Source: a virus (lineage: Duplodnaviria; Caudoviricetes). From it: DNA of 62,013 nucleotides. Where the stretch lies: the IMG/VR virus record IMGVR_UViG_3300026863_000036, positions 1 to 62,013 of that record, one strand, 5' to 3'. A program made the translations under genes and the position numbers. Each line of letters begins with the position of its first letter. The first letter of the stretch is position 1. Shown here piece after piece: positions 47,301-56,310 of the stretch. The notes under the pieces were generated by a model. That model did not search any database, was not told the origin of the DNA, and worked only from the letters and a program-made list of their open reading frames with translations.

Positions 47301-50300
47301 CTTCAAGATGATCATCGAACCCAGAAAGCCAGCGCATTGTGCTCGCGTCGGCGACGTAGAACGAAACACTCTCTGCAAGCCGGTTCAGTAGGCCGACGCG
47401 ATGCAGGGTCACGAGTTCATTCGGTTCAACCTCGAACTCGAGAGGAAGGTTGAGGGGCGGTCCATCCGCGACGGGATCCAGCGACAGTTCTGCCTTGGCC
47501 CGCTCGGCAAGTTCGCGATCCATGCCGTGCGCGACGAGGTGGGCGAGAAGGACATTGAGTGAAACGTGGGTGGGATCCTCTCCCTGAGGCGTTATGACCA
47601 ACCGGCGAACTCGAGCGTTTGAGCCGGAGCTGGCGAAGCGCCCCGCCTCCAAATCGCGTCGGATGTCGTGAGCTTCATCGGCCACATGTCCGAACTGCTC
47701 CTCGAGTTCGATCTCCATCGTTCGCAGGAGCTCGGGGGTCTCATTGGGTAAGAGCATGCGCGGCCAGGCATGCTCGAGGTGCTCGAGCAGTCCGAGCTCT
47801 TGGCCCAGCAGCAAGGCGGTTGCGTCAAGCACGAGGAGGCCGCTTGGGGCGGTGGTCTCCACTTGACGTATGCCAGCTCGGAGCAGGAAGGGCTTGCCAA
47901 CGACAGTGCCGTCGTCCTGCAACCTCGGGCGTGCCCGAAAGGCCCGGTGAAAGAACCATGCCAAGTCGGTCGCGCGGCCATCGAAGACGAGGTGTAGCGG
48001 TATTTCACCGCGGAGCCACTTCTCGGTCAGCGCGGCGTCCGCTTCCTGTATCCGGGCAGCATTGCTATTGGCGAACTCGATCGCCTCCTCGACGCTGTTG
48101 AGGACTGTGATGCCTGATGGTGGGGCGTCAGGACCGAATAGGCGCGGCATGATAGCGTTGGCGGCGGCCCGGAGTCCCAGTTCGTTGACGAGCGTAAGAG
48201 CCTGCGGCAGCAGCTTGCGGTTCAGGTTGCCAAACGAAATACCCGCCAGTAGATCTTTGGCCAGTTCGGGATCTTCGTAGCGAAGTTCCGCAGCGATCTT
48301 GAGCAGCGCTTCCGGGCTGCCGTCTGGCGTCTTCCTGCCGCGAAGGACTGACGCAGCCCCTGTCACATCGCCGATCCTGAGACGCATCAATGCGTCTTCG
48401 AATGCCAGCTCGTTGCTGCTGTCGTTGGCACGCATTTCCTTGAATGCTCGCAGCGCCAGTGCAGCGTCACCCAGCGAGAGTTGCGACTTTGCGAGTAGTA
48501 CGCCCAGGGTCACGGGCAATCGCGATCCATAGAACGTGTCGGCAAGCTCGGTGGCCAGCGAGACCACATCCTTGTGGAGGCTGAGGCCGAACGCGGCTCG
48601 TATGACTATCTCGGAAGCCTCTGAGGTGCGGAATGCGAGGAGCGTGGAACGCCGGTCGTTGATCTCGATCCACTTACCGTTCAGCGCGAGGTTCTCGAAA
48701 GCGGCTAGCTGCATGTCGGGATCGAGCGTCCCAGTGTCCAGCATCTCGAGCAAGTCGGTTGGATTGCCCTTGGTCCTGAGCTTACCAAGTGCGGCGTTGA
48801 ACTTTTGACTTCGACTGTCGCCGCCCTTCCCACCCAGTAGAGCAATCCAATAGTCGACCAACTTCAGGTCCAACTCATCACTGAACAGCTTCCGATGCCG
48901 CTTGAGGGCCGAGAGCGCCCGATCCTTCGCGCCGCGGGTAAAAGTAAGATAGGCGATGGCAACTGCGTGGGAAGCGTCGGCGGCGCCTGAATTCAGTCGG
49001 CTATTCAGCGCTCGCACGACATCGTCCTGATCGAACGCTAACCCCGCCGCAGTAGCCCATACCACTGCACCTGGGTGGGGATTGTCGCCCTCGAGCAGGG
49101 CCGCTGCGAACTGGCCCGCATCTGTCGACCGGCCTGGGTTCAGGATCAGGCAAGCCAGCCGCCATACCCGCAGGTCAGCAGCTTGGTCAGGGGTGTCGAC
49201 GGTGCGCGACAGTATGTCGAAGATGCGCTCAGCCTCGTCGAGGGCACGCCGAGCGTCCTCGGTTTCGCGGACCAATCCCTGCGGAATAGGGTTGGGAAAC
49301 GTGGAAAGCGTTGGGGCGAACTTGCCGCTCAAGGCAAAGTTGAACCGAACCACCGCGGCTGCCCATTGTACAGCGAACTGTCGCGGCGCGACATGCTCGA
49401 CCCTCGAGATGGTCGCCAAGGCTCCGGGTCTGTCCTGCCAGAGTTGTGCTATCGAGCGGAGCCGTGCTGGCTCATAGGCATCATCTGTCGGCGAGGTGTT
49501 CGGCCATACGTCCAGAACTCCGAGCGCCTCATCTGGCTTTTCAAGCTCTAGAAGGAGCCCGGTGCGGATGCTCGCTTCAGAAGAGGTGGCCGGGTTGCAC
49601 ACGAGCTCGAGTGCGGACGCTGGACCGACCTCCAGCCGAGCCACCAGAACCGAAGGTGTACGATCAGGCGGCGGTGAGTAGACGGCGGCGTCGGCGTAGC
49701 ATGCCTTAGCCGACGCGAGGTCGTTGTCTCTGATGGCAAGCGAGCCTTCGGCGCGAAGGAACTTCGCCTTGATATCGTCCGCTAACGCGTCCCATGAGAT
49801 ACGATCGGCCTTGAGCTCCGCTACTAACGAACGCAGGGGTCTCGCAATGCCCTCATGAAGGTTCTGAAGTGCGGTTTCGAGCCGATCGGCCGTTGCGCTG
49901 CCGAGGCGTTGGCGCACGGCATCAGCGACACCATTTAGCGATTGCGTGACGGCAGCGGTCGCGATCGAGTTCGCGGTTGACGTCCCAGGGCTCGGCACCG
50001 CCGTCGATGCAACAAGTCCCATGCCGGCCCCGACTCTCTCCAGCCAGCCGGCGGGGAAGAACCTGACGATGGTGTGGGGCAGGGGCCGAAGCTTCTCGGT
50101 GAGCTTCTTGAGACCCCAAACTTCGTAGCGAATGCCTAGCGCCCTGAACCGGGCGCTCTCAAGCGTTATCTGGTCGTTTAGGCCGTCGTCATTGAGGTCG
50201 ACGGAGACCGCGAGGACGAAGCGTTCGACGCCCTTGTCTTTCCAGTGGCCCCCGACATGTTTGAGGAAATCGGTGCTCCAGATGGCAAGATCGCTTGGCT

Positions 50301-50577
50301 GAATCTTCTTGTAGCGTTTGCAGGAGATGACCAGCACTGGCTGCTGTTCGTCCGAGAACCCCTCAACGTCGACGCCATATTGCGCTACGCCGGTGGTGCG
50401 CTTGAGCTCGGCGCGAACGATGCCAGGTTCTTTGTCGGCAATGTCGGAGAGGATTTCCTCAAGGTCTTCATCATGAACCGCGAAGCACGGGAGCCGATGC
50501 TGATTAGGGTCCGGCGGACGCGACAGGAGATCCTGGTCCGGTTGTCCTTTCTCTGTCTTCGCCGTCTTTCGGGCCAT
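44392..50577 (-). CDS. 2061-aa REase-fold + TPR-like + PIN-like protein
   Basis: QYGVDV...ISCKRY, long helical repeats, LVLDATALLL and IWAEDR. Confidence 0.7.
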   Translation of the reverse strand: MARKTAKTEKGQPDQDLLSRPPDPNQHRLPCFAVHDEDLEEILSDIADKEPGIVRAELKRTTGVAQYGVDVEGFSDEQQPVLVISCKRYKKIQPSDLAIWSTDFLKHVGGHWKDKGVERFVLAVSVDLNDDGLNDQITLESARFRALGIRYEVWGLKKLTEKLRPLPHTIVRFFPAGWLERVGAGMGLVASTAVPSPGTSTANSIATAAVTQSLNGVADAVRQRLGSATADRLETALQNLHEGIARPLRSLVAELKADRISWDALADDIKAKFLRAEGSLAIRDNDLASAKACYADAAVYSPPPDRTPSVLVARLEVGPASALELVCNPATSSEASIRTGLLLELEKPDEALGVLDVWPNTSPTDDAYEPARLRSIAQLWQDRPGALATISRVEHVAPRQFAVQWAAAVVRFNFALSGKFAPTLSTFPNPIPQGLVRETEDARRALDEAERIFDILSRTVDTPDQAADLRVWRLACLILNPGRSTDAGQFAAALLEGDNPHPGAVVWATAAGLAFDQDDVVRALNSRLNSGAADASHAVAIAYLTFTRGAKDRALSALKRHRKLFSDELDLKLVDYWIALLGGKGGDSRSQKFNAALGKLRTKGNPTDLLEMLDTGTLDPDMQLAAFENLALNGKWIEINDRRSTLLAFRTSEASEIVIRAAFGLSLHKDVVSLATELADTFYGSRLPVTLGVLLAKSQLSLGDAALALRAFKEMRANDSSNELAFEDALMRLRIGDVTGAASVLRGRKTPDGSPEALLKIAAELRYEDPELAKDLLAGISFGNLNRKLLPQALTLVNELGLRAAANAIMPRLFGPDAPPSGITVLNSVEEAIEFANSNAARIQEADAALTEKWLRGEIPLHLVFDGRATDLAWFFHRAFRARPRLQDDGTVVGKPFLLRAGIRQVETTAPSGLLVLDATALLLGQELGLLEHLEHAWPRMLLPNETPELLRTMEIELEEQFGHVADEAHDIRRDLEAGRFASSGSNARVRRLVITPQGEDPTHVSLNVLLAHLVAHGMDRELAERAKAELSLDPVADGPPLNLPLEFEVEPNELVTLHRVGLLNRLAESVSFYVADASTMRWLSGFDDHLEGQALAGKVKALRELVAKKANSGTWGFLPVDLSKRDGLREMGASGRLFFSLIRAGEREPCEIWAEDRTLSLVGKLEQATIIDVRTVLGRISHRLSEPQVAGAWKRLRAAGYGFTLPANEAIVDALLSTATEGAVLVESDELAAIRRDFAVQFANSRHLIDKASVAAPTEPELLFLSRLLGLAGKVLAALWSRSNVGDERLSAAATWVARHLRVDQAKFLPRENRSVAGREGLLYLQHLSLVGSMFNVTGSSLRQSRERRSKLLEWVLGSIVEPALELHPTFRERLINYFADALASLGELDSDQPDVTENILAGVVLDYINAFPEHWRVALQRHEKLSHLVGLRELKNVSIGKNFTFEAAEFYAAVAEAYANGKATAPMMGGKRSAVITRIYDAVPAADKPVAFMVKAGSKTVNFADDRLELETSDIEQRLRALKRHPSWFDQGGTELEAAARSIAENPDPNARRQLLGNAQDKAMTWRLKTLQEQIRQRSSSDKALLLPPHPDSVRQFLRLASPIDVSGQDWLDQSFTKLREEVGPLGALARIGGLPFELGGAIEKALLDAVDEVGLDEALHLAGPTPMVRTGLFAALLRAGKTELDLSGLTLPWNDHGVLFQSLLRLAFRGASRSYDWGNVPEPERSILLWTHSNAVLEILAGEGAAPREAARIIDSFMNQRIDDVYRRSRSHASRLLDPAGNSWRETAGAGIAYAIRDCASSELDNGQRDQLRTTVARQVGNDWLVELELWVPKGSVEPPGCWLAIDAAAPLAEAGIAALPSPIDERDPRKMASLLQQRIVDEAVAEEASGYWPVLWMLGVDELDAEASARMNDLIGSPDRLPDFDAQDGGVWAGALRYRGELYGVDDNVDGFRQTLIAAAEQARANHPGERVSELSIKSSIVTTFHRVGEAIWQFSSASSSTLVGCSTRFAESIIVLADAWPESLLACLALLEVIAAQLDTEPAGPLWDAINLLRSR

Positions 50578-50920
50578 CGTTACCGTCGAGCAAGCTCCGG
50601 CCTGCGATCCACGCAGGTGGTCGCCGGAGGTAGGAGAAGTCCTGAGATATGCTGATTCCCGCAGGAGCGATAACGCAGCGCTACTCTACCCACACGCTGC
50701 ACGATTTGCTTGCCGTCACGTCTGTCCTGCCGCACACGACAACAACGTGAGGAATAGTCTGACAGTCACCTGAACATCACGGATTCCAGGATCGCTGACG
50801 GTATGGCACAGAGCTGGACTCCACCTCTTTACTTTCGAGAGGCCGGACGCGGTAGACACCGTATCAATGTACGGTCTTGGTGCGAACCAGCCTCTCGGAG
50901 AACGCAACCCGGTCTGCCGC

Positions 50921-51619
50921 CTACCAGCCCGAATAGGCGGCAACCACGCGAGCCCAATCGCGCAACATGCCAGCGCGGCGGAGTTCCGCAATAGCGTCGA
51001 CCGCGAGCCAGCGACGAGGAAGCTTCCGCATCCATAAATTGTTGTCGTCGCCTGCGTAGAGCCAAATGACGGTGGCAAGCAGGATCTTGCGCGGCCGAGG
51101 GAGGCTTCGGAACTCTTTCTGCCACTTCAAGACTTCAGCGTCGAATTCCGCCTTGTCGCCGCCGATGTCCGGGGTGCTGTAGCCACGCGGCCGGATCCTT
51201 CCGAGATCATCATGCCCGTCGGCGTCCTCGAAGAAAGGGACTAGGCCGTGATTGCCGAGCACATCCCGTACAATCCGAGCATAGGCATCCCGCTGGGACC
51301 AGAAAGGCGGGCGAACATCGGCTCCCGCCACTTCCGCCAAGGCAAGGGCTTCGTCAGAATCCATCGACCACCGCTTTGTCACGACGGTACGCATCTCAAC
51401 GCGGGCGAACTTCAGTTGAGCCGCGACGGGATCGATCAGGGTCGCCGCGACGGCGATAACGGGCAGCTTGGTGTGGTGGACGTAGCTGTGGACGAAAGTC
51501 CCGTAGTCGACCGACATCGCACCGCCGTCGGTTACCTGAATGCCGGCGGTGCGCAGAGTATTGATGGTGCTGGCAGAGAGCATGGCCGCGAAGCCACTGT
51601 TAGTTTGAGCGTAGTTCAT
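50921..51619 (-). CDS. Hypothetical protein
   Basis: GGAG RBS, Trp-rich C-terminus. Confidence 0.7.
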   Translation of the reverse strand: MNYAQTNSGFAAMLSASTINTLRTAGIQVTDGGAMSVDYGTFVHSYVHHTKLPVIAVAATLIDPVAAQLKFARVEMRTVVTKRWSMDSDEALALAEVAGADVRPPFWSQRDAYARIVRDVLGNHGLVPFFEDADGHDDLGRIRPRGYSTPDIGGDKAEFDAEVLKWQKEFRSLPRPRKILLATVIWLYAGDDNNLWMRKLPRRWLAVDAIAELRRAGMLRDWARVVAAYSGW

Positions 51620-51732
51620 AGAGGTCTCCAGATTCGAATGGCGCAAACGGCCGTCCCAGCCGGCAATGCCGAGCTAGGGTCGCGGACGCCGACGACCGCC
51701 GGCATCCGCGCAAGTCAGAGATGTCGGGGTCC

Positions 51733-52176
51733 CTAGCGAGGAACGACCAAGAAGGTGCCTTCAGTGCCCGCCTCGTTGAGGAGGAGCATGTTATGGGGAT
51801 CCCACGACAACACGCCTTCATGTTCTGGACGCCGGCCGCCGAACGCCGGCAACTCCTCGAGGTCGATATCGAACTCACAATCGAGACCGCACTCTTCAAG
51901 CAGGTTCAGGCTATCAACCAGGTCGGCCAGATCCGTCGCCAGGTCGACACGGAGAACAAGATAGTCGATATCGACGTCGAGACTCCCATCAGGTGCCACG
52001 ATCCAATGATCGTCCACGCCGGCGGCGATTGCAGAAGCGAGTTCGGTCGTGATGCTTACGGCCTTGGAGCTTGAGGGCAGACCGTCCAAGTCGCTTGCGG
52101 CTGCAAGAGCTTCTTCGGGCGTGCTACCAACAGCGCTGAGATGACCATCGACGATAACTGAGTACATCCGCGGCAT
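51733..52176 (-). CDS. Acidic hypothetical protein
   Basis: 147-aa ORF. Confidence 0.6.
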   Translation of the reverse strand: MPRMYSVIVDGHLSAVGSTPEEALAAASDLDGLPSSSKAVSITTELASAIAAGVDDHWIVAPDGSLDVDIDYLVLRVDLATDLADLVDSLNLLEECGLDCEFDIDLEELPAFGGRRPEHEGVLSWDPHNMLLLNEAGTEGTFLVVPR

Positions 52177-52833
52177 CAGATTGCCCCCGGCAGGCAATTT
52201 ACGGCGCCAGCCGCGCTGGAGCGGTGGCCGCACCGTACAGAGTACGAAGCGGAGTGTGGGGGTTCAGTGAAGTTATTCATTCTACGGTGCATGCAAAGGT
52301 TCCTTGGCCAGCGCCGGAGGGGCGCCATATGGTTGATACGAGGTCGGGGGGCTTTTTCGCCAATGGGGATGCCACCGCAGCGAGGCGTTGCAGTCTTTTC
52401 TAGTCCGCCGGTCGTAATCAGCGCCAGTGCGGTTAGGTAAAGAGAAATCTGGACTGCGGATTCGTTCAATGGACAAGTCAGGAACGTAGTTAACGAAATT
52501 TCGATTGCTAGTCAGCTGGCGACGATAGTGCCACTGTGGTCCCGCCACTGCGCGATAATAGAAGATTATCACGCAGTGGCAGCTACCCAAGAAAGAATAC
52601 GAGAAAAGGGAACTGAACTCGATTTCAGTTCCGTGACGCCGCGGGCGACGGGGACTTGGGTTGCGGCAAGACCCTCCAGCCGGTCAGCAACAAGGACGCC
52701 ACCGCCTCAGCAGGATGCAGCTGCACGTGGTGTGCCCGCGATCTCGCGGGGGCGGGCTCCCGGCTGCCGACCACCAATCCACTCCCTTCTGGAGGCCGCG
52801 CCGTGAGGGGCATGGAGCCGCAAGGCACCCATT

Positions 52834-52848
52834 GTTCTCCATTTGTTC
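52834..52848. promoter_or_regulatory. LexA (SOS) box
   Basis: GTTC-TCCATTT-GTTC upstream of 52890. Confidence 0.8.
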
Positions 52849-52889
52849 TGGATGCTACTCTTCTCGTCCGGTCCGCGACGGAGATCCCA

Positions 52890-53177
52890 ATGTACCGCCA
52901 ACCCCTCACGACTCCCGGAAAGGCCCCTGAGCCGAAAGCCCAGAAGACTAAGTTGATCGTGCTGCTCGCCTTCGACCGAGGCGAGGACGGTGAGTTGCTG
53001 CCATCGTTCGAACCGCGCGAAATGCCAGACGAGCGCCGCGCGATTCAGACCGCGCGGGAAATGGCCACCCGACATCCCGGCGTCATCGCCTGGTCCCGCG
53101 ACGCCAACCTCAAGGAGGGCGAGTTCGGCCCCCCTGTGGTGCTGTTCCAAGCTGGCGACGTGCCGGAGTTGGAGTAA
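52890..53177 (+). CDS. Hypothetical protein
   Basis: GGAG RBS; GVIAWSR...GEFGPPVVLF. Confidence 0.7.
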   Translation: MYRQPLTTPGKAPEPKAQKTKLIVLLAFDRGEDGELLPSFEPREMPDERRAIQTAREMATRHPGVIAWSRDANLKEGEFGPPVVLFQAGDVPELE

Positions 53178-53496
53178 TGGACCGCTTCCCTCGCTCCGTC
53201 CGCGAGTTCATCGAGCAGAAGCGTGTGGTGATCCTTGAATCGAGAGGTGGTGGCACAAGGCGCCGATCGATCTCAGCGTGCTCGAGCTCACCTTCGGCGC
53301 GGACTTTGATATGTACGCTTCGATGCGGTCCATGCGCGAGCAAGTGGGATGCTCGGCTTGCGGACATCCTCGTCCGGTGATCGAGTTCTACAACCCGAGC
53401 GCAGTGCACTTTCAGGACGTCAGCTTCGAGTACTCTGTGAAGAGTAGTCTAGAGTTCAGTGCCTACACTCGTGCGCGGGAGGCTTCGAACGGCTAG
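53177..53496 (+). pseudogene. Frameshifted zinc-ribbon gene
   Basis: Adding one base near 53241 joins MDRF...ILE to ERWWHK...CSACG. Confidence 0.6.
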
Positions 53497-53561
53497 GCGA
53501 GTATGAGCTGTGACTTTTAGATCGTCCAGCTCTGCCTGCCGCCGCGCTCGCGCCACCGGAG

Positions 53562-54128
53562 CTACAACGTGGGGCCTGGGGGCGGGTCGTTGCCCAGTTC
53601 GTCACTTGCGTCATTCTGCGCAGCGGGTACCTCGGCGAGACGACGCAGGATGCTTGCTAGATCGACCGGCATGTAGTCCCAGGCATCGACGCCGACGTCG
53701 CAGCTATTGAAGTAGTTCTCGATCCGATTGTGGACATGGCCAAATAAGCTGATCGTGCCTCGGTTGCTGCCGTTCCAGCTGCGCAGCGGATAGTGGTCAA
53801 GTACCAGGCGCTGGTTGCTCACGGAAGTGACGAGGCGTTCGGAGACGGACGCCCACGGCAGGGCCTCGGTGGCCGAATTGTCGTGATTGCCGCGGATCAA
53901 GTGCTTGGTTCCATGAAGCGAGCCAAAGACCTTCAGCATCTCCCGGGGATGCATCTTGTAAGCGAAATCACCCAAGTGAAAGACGGTATCCCCAGGTGCG
54001 ACGACGGAATTCCATAACTCGATCAGCCCACGATCGTGTTCTTCAACTGATTGCCATGGTCGGTTGCAGAATCGAATTATGTTGGCGTGACCGAAATGCG
54101 TGTCCGCCGTGAACCAAGTCTTTGACAT
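53562..54128 (-). CDS. Calcineurin-like metallophosphoesterase
   Basis: DTH, GD, GNHD, GHVH motifs. Confidence 0.9.
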   Translation of the reverse strand: MSKTWFTADTHFGHANIIRFCNRPWQSVEEHDRGLIELWNSVVAPGDTVFHLGDFAYKMHPREMLKVFGSLHGTKHLIRGNHDNSATEALPWASVSERLVTSVSNQRLVLDHYPLRSWNGSNRGTISLFGHVHNRIENYFNSCDVGVDAWDYMPVDLASILRRLAEVPAAQNDASDELGNDPPPGPTL

Positions 54129-54511
54129 TATTTCTCTTCCTCAATCATTTGGGCGAGCAACGCGGAAATCGGTTCGTAGCTAGGTGTCTCCTGTCGATCG
54201 GCCAACTTTTGCGAGATACTTTTGTTGAGCCGCCCTTTCTTCATAGCGAGCTCGATTTCACTGAGACGACGTTGCAGAAAACTCCGCTCGGCCTCCAGTT
54301 CCTCAAGCGACGTTTGCCCTGCCAGTGCTCGAAAGGACGCCAACAGTCCGAGCTCTCGCGCAATTGCCACACGCAGCGCGACTGGAGGCAGGTCGTCGGT
54401 GTCGTATGCCAATGCCACGTCCCTGACGTGAGCGCCAAGGTCCTCTGCGAGTTCGACGATGCCGGTCGCGGTCGTGCCTGCCAGAGCACGGACAATGTCG
54501 TTGACTTTCAC
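54128..54511 (-). CDS. Hypothetical protein
   Basis: GTG start with AGGAG RBS. Confidence 0.55.
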   Translation of the reverse strand: MKVNDIVRALAGTTATGIVELAEDLGAHVRDVALAYDTDDLPPVALRVAIARELGLLASFRALAGQTSLEELEAERSFLQRRLSEIELAMKKGRLNKSISQKLADRQETPSYEPISALLAQMIEEEK

Positions 54512-54664
54512 GGGTGGTGTTCTCCTTGCCCGCATCGATGATGCGTCAGGGTGATGCAAGGAACACGGACAAAGTCTCAAGCGCAGCTTGCCGCGGTCTG
54601 CTCTCCTCGTTCCTTGCTTCCTTGGGCGCTATTCTTCGCAGGGTGAGATTGTAGGAGAAGTGCA

Positions 54665-55153
54665 GTGAGATCGTTTTTCAGGGCCCTAATGGCGACGCTA
54701 AGGGCGATAAGGTGGGTCGCGGTCACAACCATTCGGGTCGGGGGCAAGCTTGTGACGTTGCTGGCGCCATCCTCGCCAGTGGAACAGCCGATCTCTGCCG
54801 ACATCGGTTTCGAGGATGTTCAGCCGGAAGCGCCAGAACGTGAAAGCCGCTATGCTCGGATACAGGAGCTCGCTCGCGAGCTTGTCCGAAACCCGGAAAC
54901 CCCGTCCGCCGCCATGGTTCGTGGTGTCGAGCCGAGCGCAGCGATCTGGCTCGCCGCCATGCCGCACGAGATGCTTCTGCGGATCTCCCTGGCCAGCGAG
55001 GCAGCTCTGGCGGACCACATTTCCGGCAGGCAGTCCATCAGGGGGGTACTGTCATACGACAGCGAGTCCGTGCGCGATTTTCAGCGTGCAACGGTAGTGC
55101 CGGAGCCGTGGCACACCTCCGACACCGAACTGGCGAGCTTACCAAGTATGTAG
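54665..55153 (+). CDS. Hypothetical protein
   Basis: AGGAG RBS. Confidence 0.6.
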   Translation: MRSFFRALMATLRAIRWVAVTTIRVGGKLVTLLAPSSPVEQPISADIGFEDVQPEAPERESRYARIQELARELVRNPETPSAAMVRGVEPSAAIWLAAMPHEMLLRISLASEAALADHISGRQSIRGVLSYDSESVRDFQRATVVPEPWHTSDTELASLPSM

Positions 55154-55170
55154 CCTGCGCCGCCCTGCGG

Positions 55171-55377
55171 TTAGTGCCGGAGACTCACTCGCGTCAGCTG
55201 GATTTTCAGCGCGGTGCTTTCCGCTCGAGCGGTTTCGAGGTCATTCCGCGCTTTGACAAGCGCTCGGCGCAAGGCGGCGATTTCGGAGTTCTGCCACGCG
55301 ATGGTCGAATTAGCCTCGTCCAGAATCTGATTTCTCTGGCGCAGAAGCATGACCTCAGTGTCGCTGACCTCAAACAT
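55171..55377 (-). CDS. Small coiled-coil protein
   Basis: GGAGG RBS, heptad pattern. Confidence 0.5.
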   Translation of the reverse strand: MFEVSDTEVMLLRQRNQILDEANSTIAWQNSEIAALRRALVKARNDLETARAESTALKIQLTRVSLRH

Positions 55378-55519
55378 TCGTTCGCCTCCCGACCCTAGAG
55401 CATTGATGTAGCATACAGATTCCTGATGATCCACCGATATGGAAGTGGCAATTTTAGGGATCCACGAAGTTGGCGTGAATCGCTTGTGGCTTTCTGAGGC
55501 GGTAGCGATCCTTGACGTC

Positions 55520-55969
55520 ATGAACACGACACCATCACCCCTAGCGCTAGGAACCAAGGCCGCAGCACGGCGGAGAAACGTCGAGCTTTGCCGGTCATGG
55601 CACGATCGCCGCCGTGCGGAGGGGAAGCCGGAGCCACGGGATGTCGACAGTGCCATCGTGGCGGCGGCGGCATTCGTGCTTGCGGTCCCCACGGCGGCCC
55701 AAGTCGCGATTGATGTTCGGGCTATGGTGGATGTGGCCACGCTCTTTCTTCGGGAGAAGGGCTACACCCATGCTTCGGTCAGGGAGGTGGTTGTCGATCG
55801 CCTTAGGCCGCGAGCTGAGCACCGGGACACTACACGCCTGCCTAACACCATTGGTGTGCTCAACCCGAAAGCTCTCCACCCTCCACGCCGGCCTGGCGCT
55901 GAATGGACGGAACGGGACCACGAGATACTCGATCGTGTACTGATAAAGTTGCGTTCGCCGAATGGATGA
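55520..55969 (+). CDS. Hypothetical protein
   Basis: ORF; start uncertain. Confidence 0.55.
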   Translation: MNTTPSPLALGTKAAARRRNVELCRSWHDRRRAEGKPEPRDVDSAIVAAAAFVLAVPTAAQVAIDVRAMVDVATLFLREKGYTHASVREVVVDRLRPRAEHRDTTRLPNTIGVLNPKALHPPRRPGAEWTERDHEILDRVLIKLRSPNG

Positions 55970-55984
55970 AACCCGTCAACACCC

Positions 55985-56033
55985 CCGTTACCTCCTCATT
56001 CGGCGAATTCTTCGGCGAATGAGGAGGTAACGG
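55985..56033. repeat. Perfect 18-bp inverted repeat with 13-nt loop
   Basis: CCGTTACCTCCTCATTCG ... CGAATGAGGAGGTAACGG. Confidence 0.9.
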
Positions 56034-56310
56034 CGATCCAGACAGGGCAGGGGGCGGCCATCCGTATCGTTAGCGGGCGCCGACCAGCCGCGAATGCGGT
56101 ATGTTGGAGACGTTGTCGACACGGACTCGAAGGATCAGGATCGGCATTTCTCCGGCGTTAACCACACACCTCGTTGCACCGGATCATGTCTCGACTCCCG
56201 GACATATCGGCGCGACCAAGTACCTCCGGCGTATTGAGGATTCGCGGCCGGCACCGGAGCAGGAGGCCCACCGCCCTGCTCGGTGCCGTTCCGGGTGTTA
56301 GTGGGTGGTC

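Noticed and set aside
44392-50577. Avs/NACHT STAND ATPase call
   Set aside because: No GxxGxGK[ST] Walker A motif found
53230-53250. Programmed frameshift
   Set aside because: No slippery sequence; a one-base deletion or sequencing error is simpler
55985-56033. Rho-independent terminator
   Set aside because: No U-tract on either side and an unusually long stem; kept as an unexplained inverted repeat
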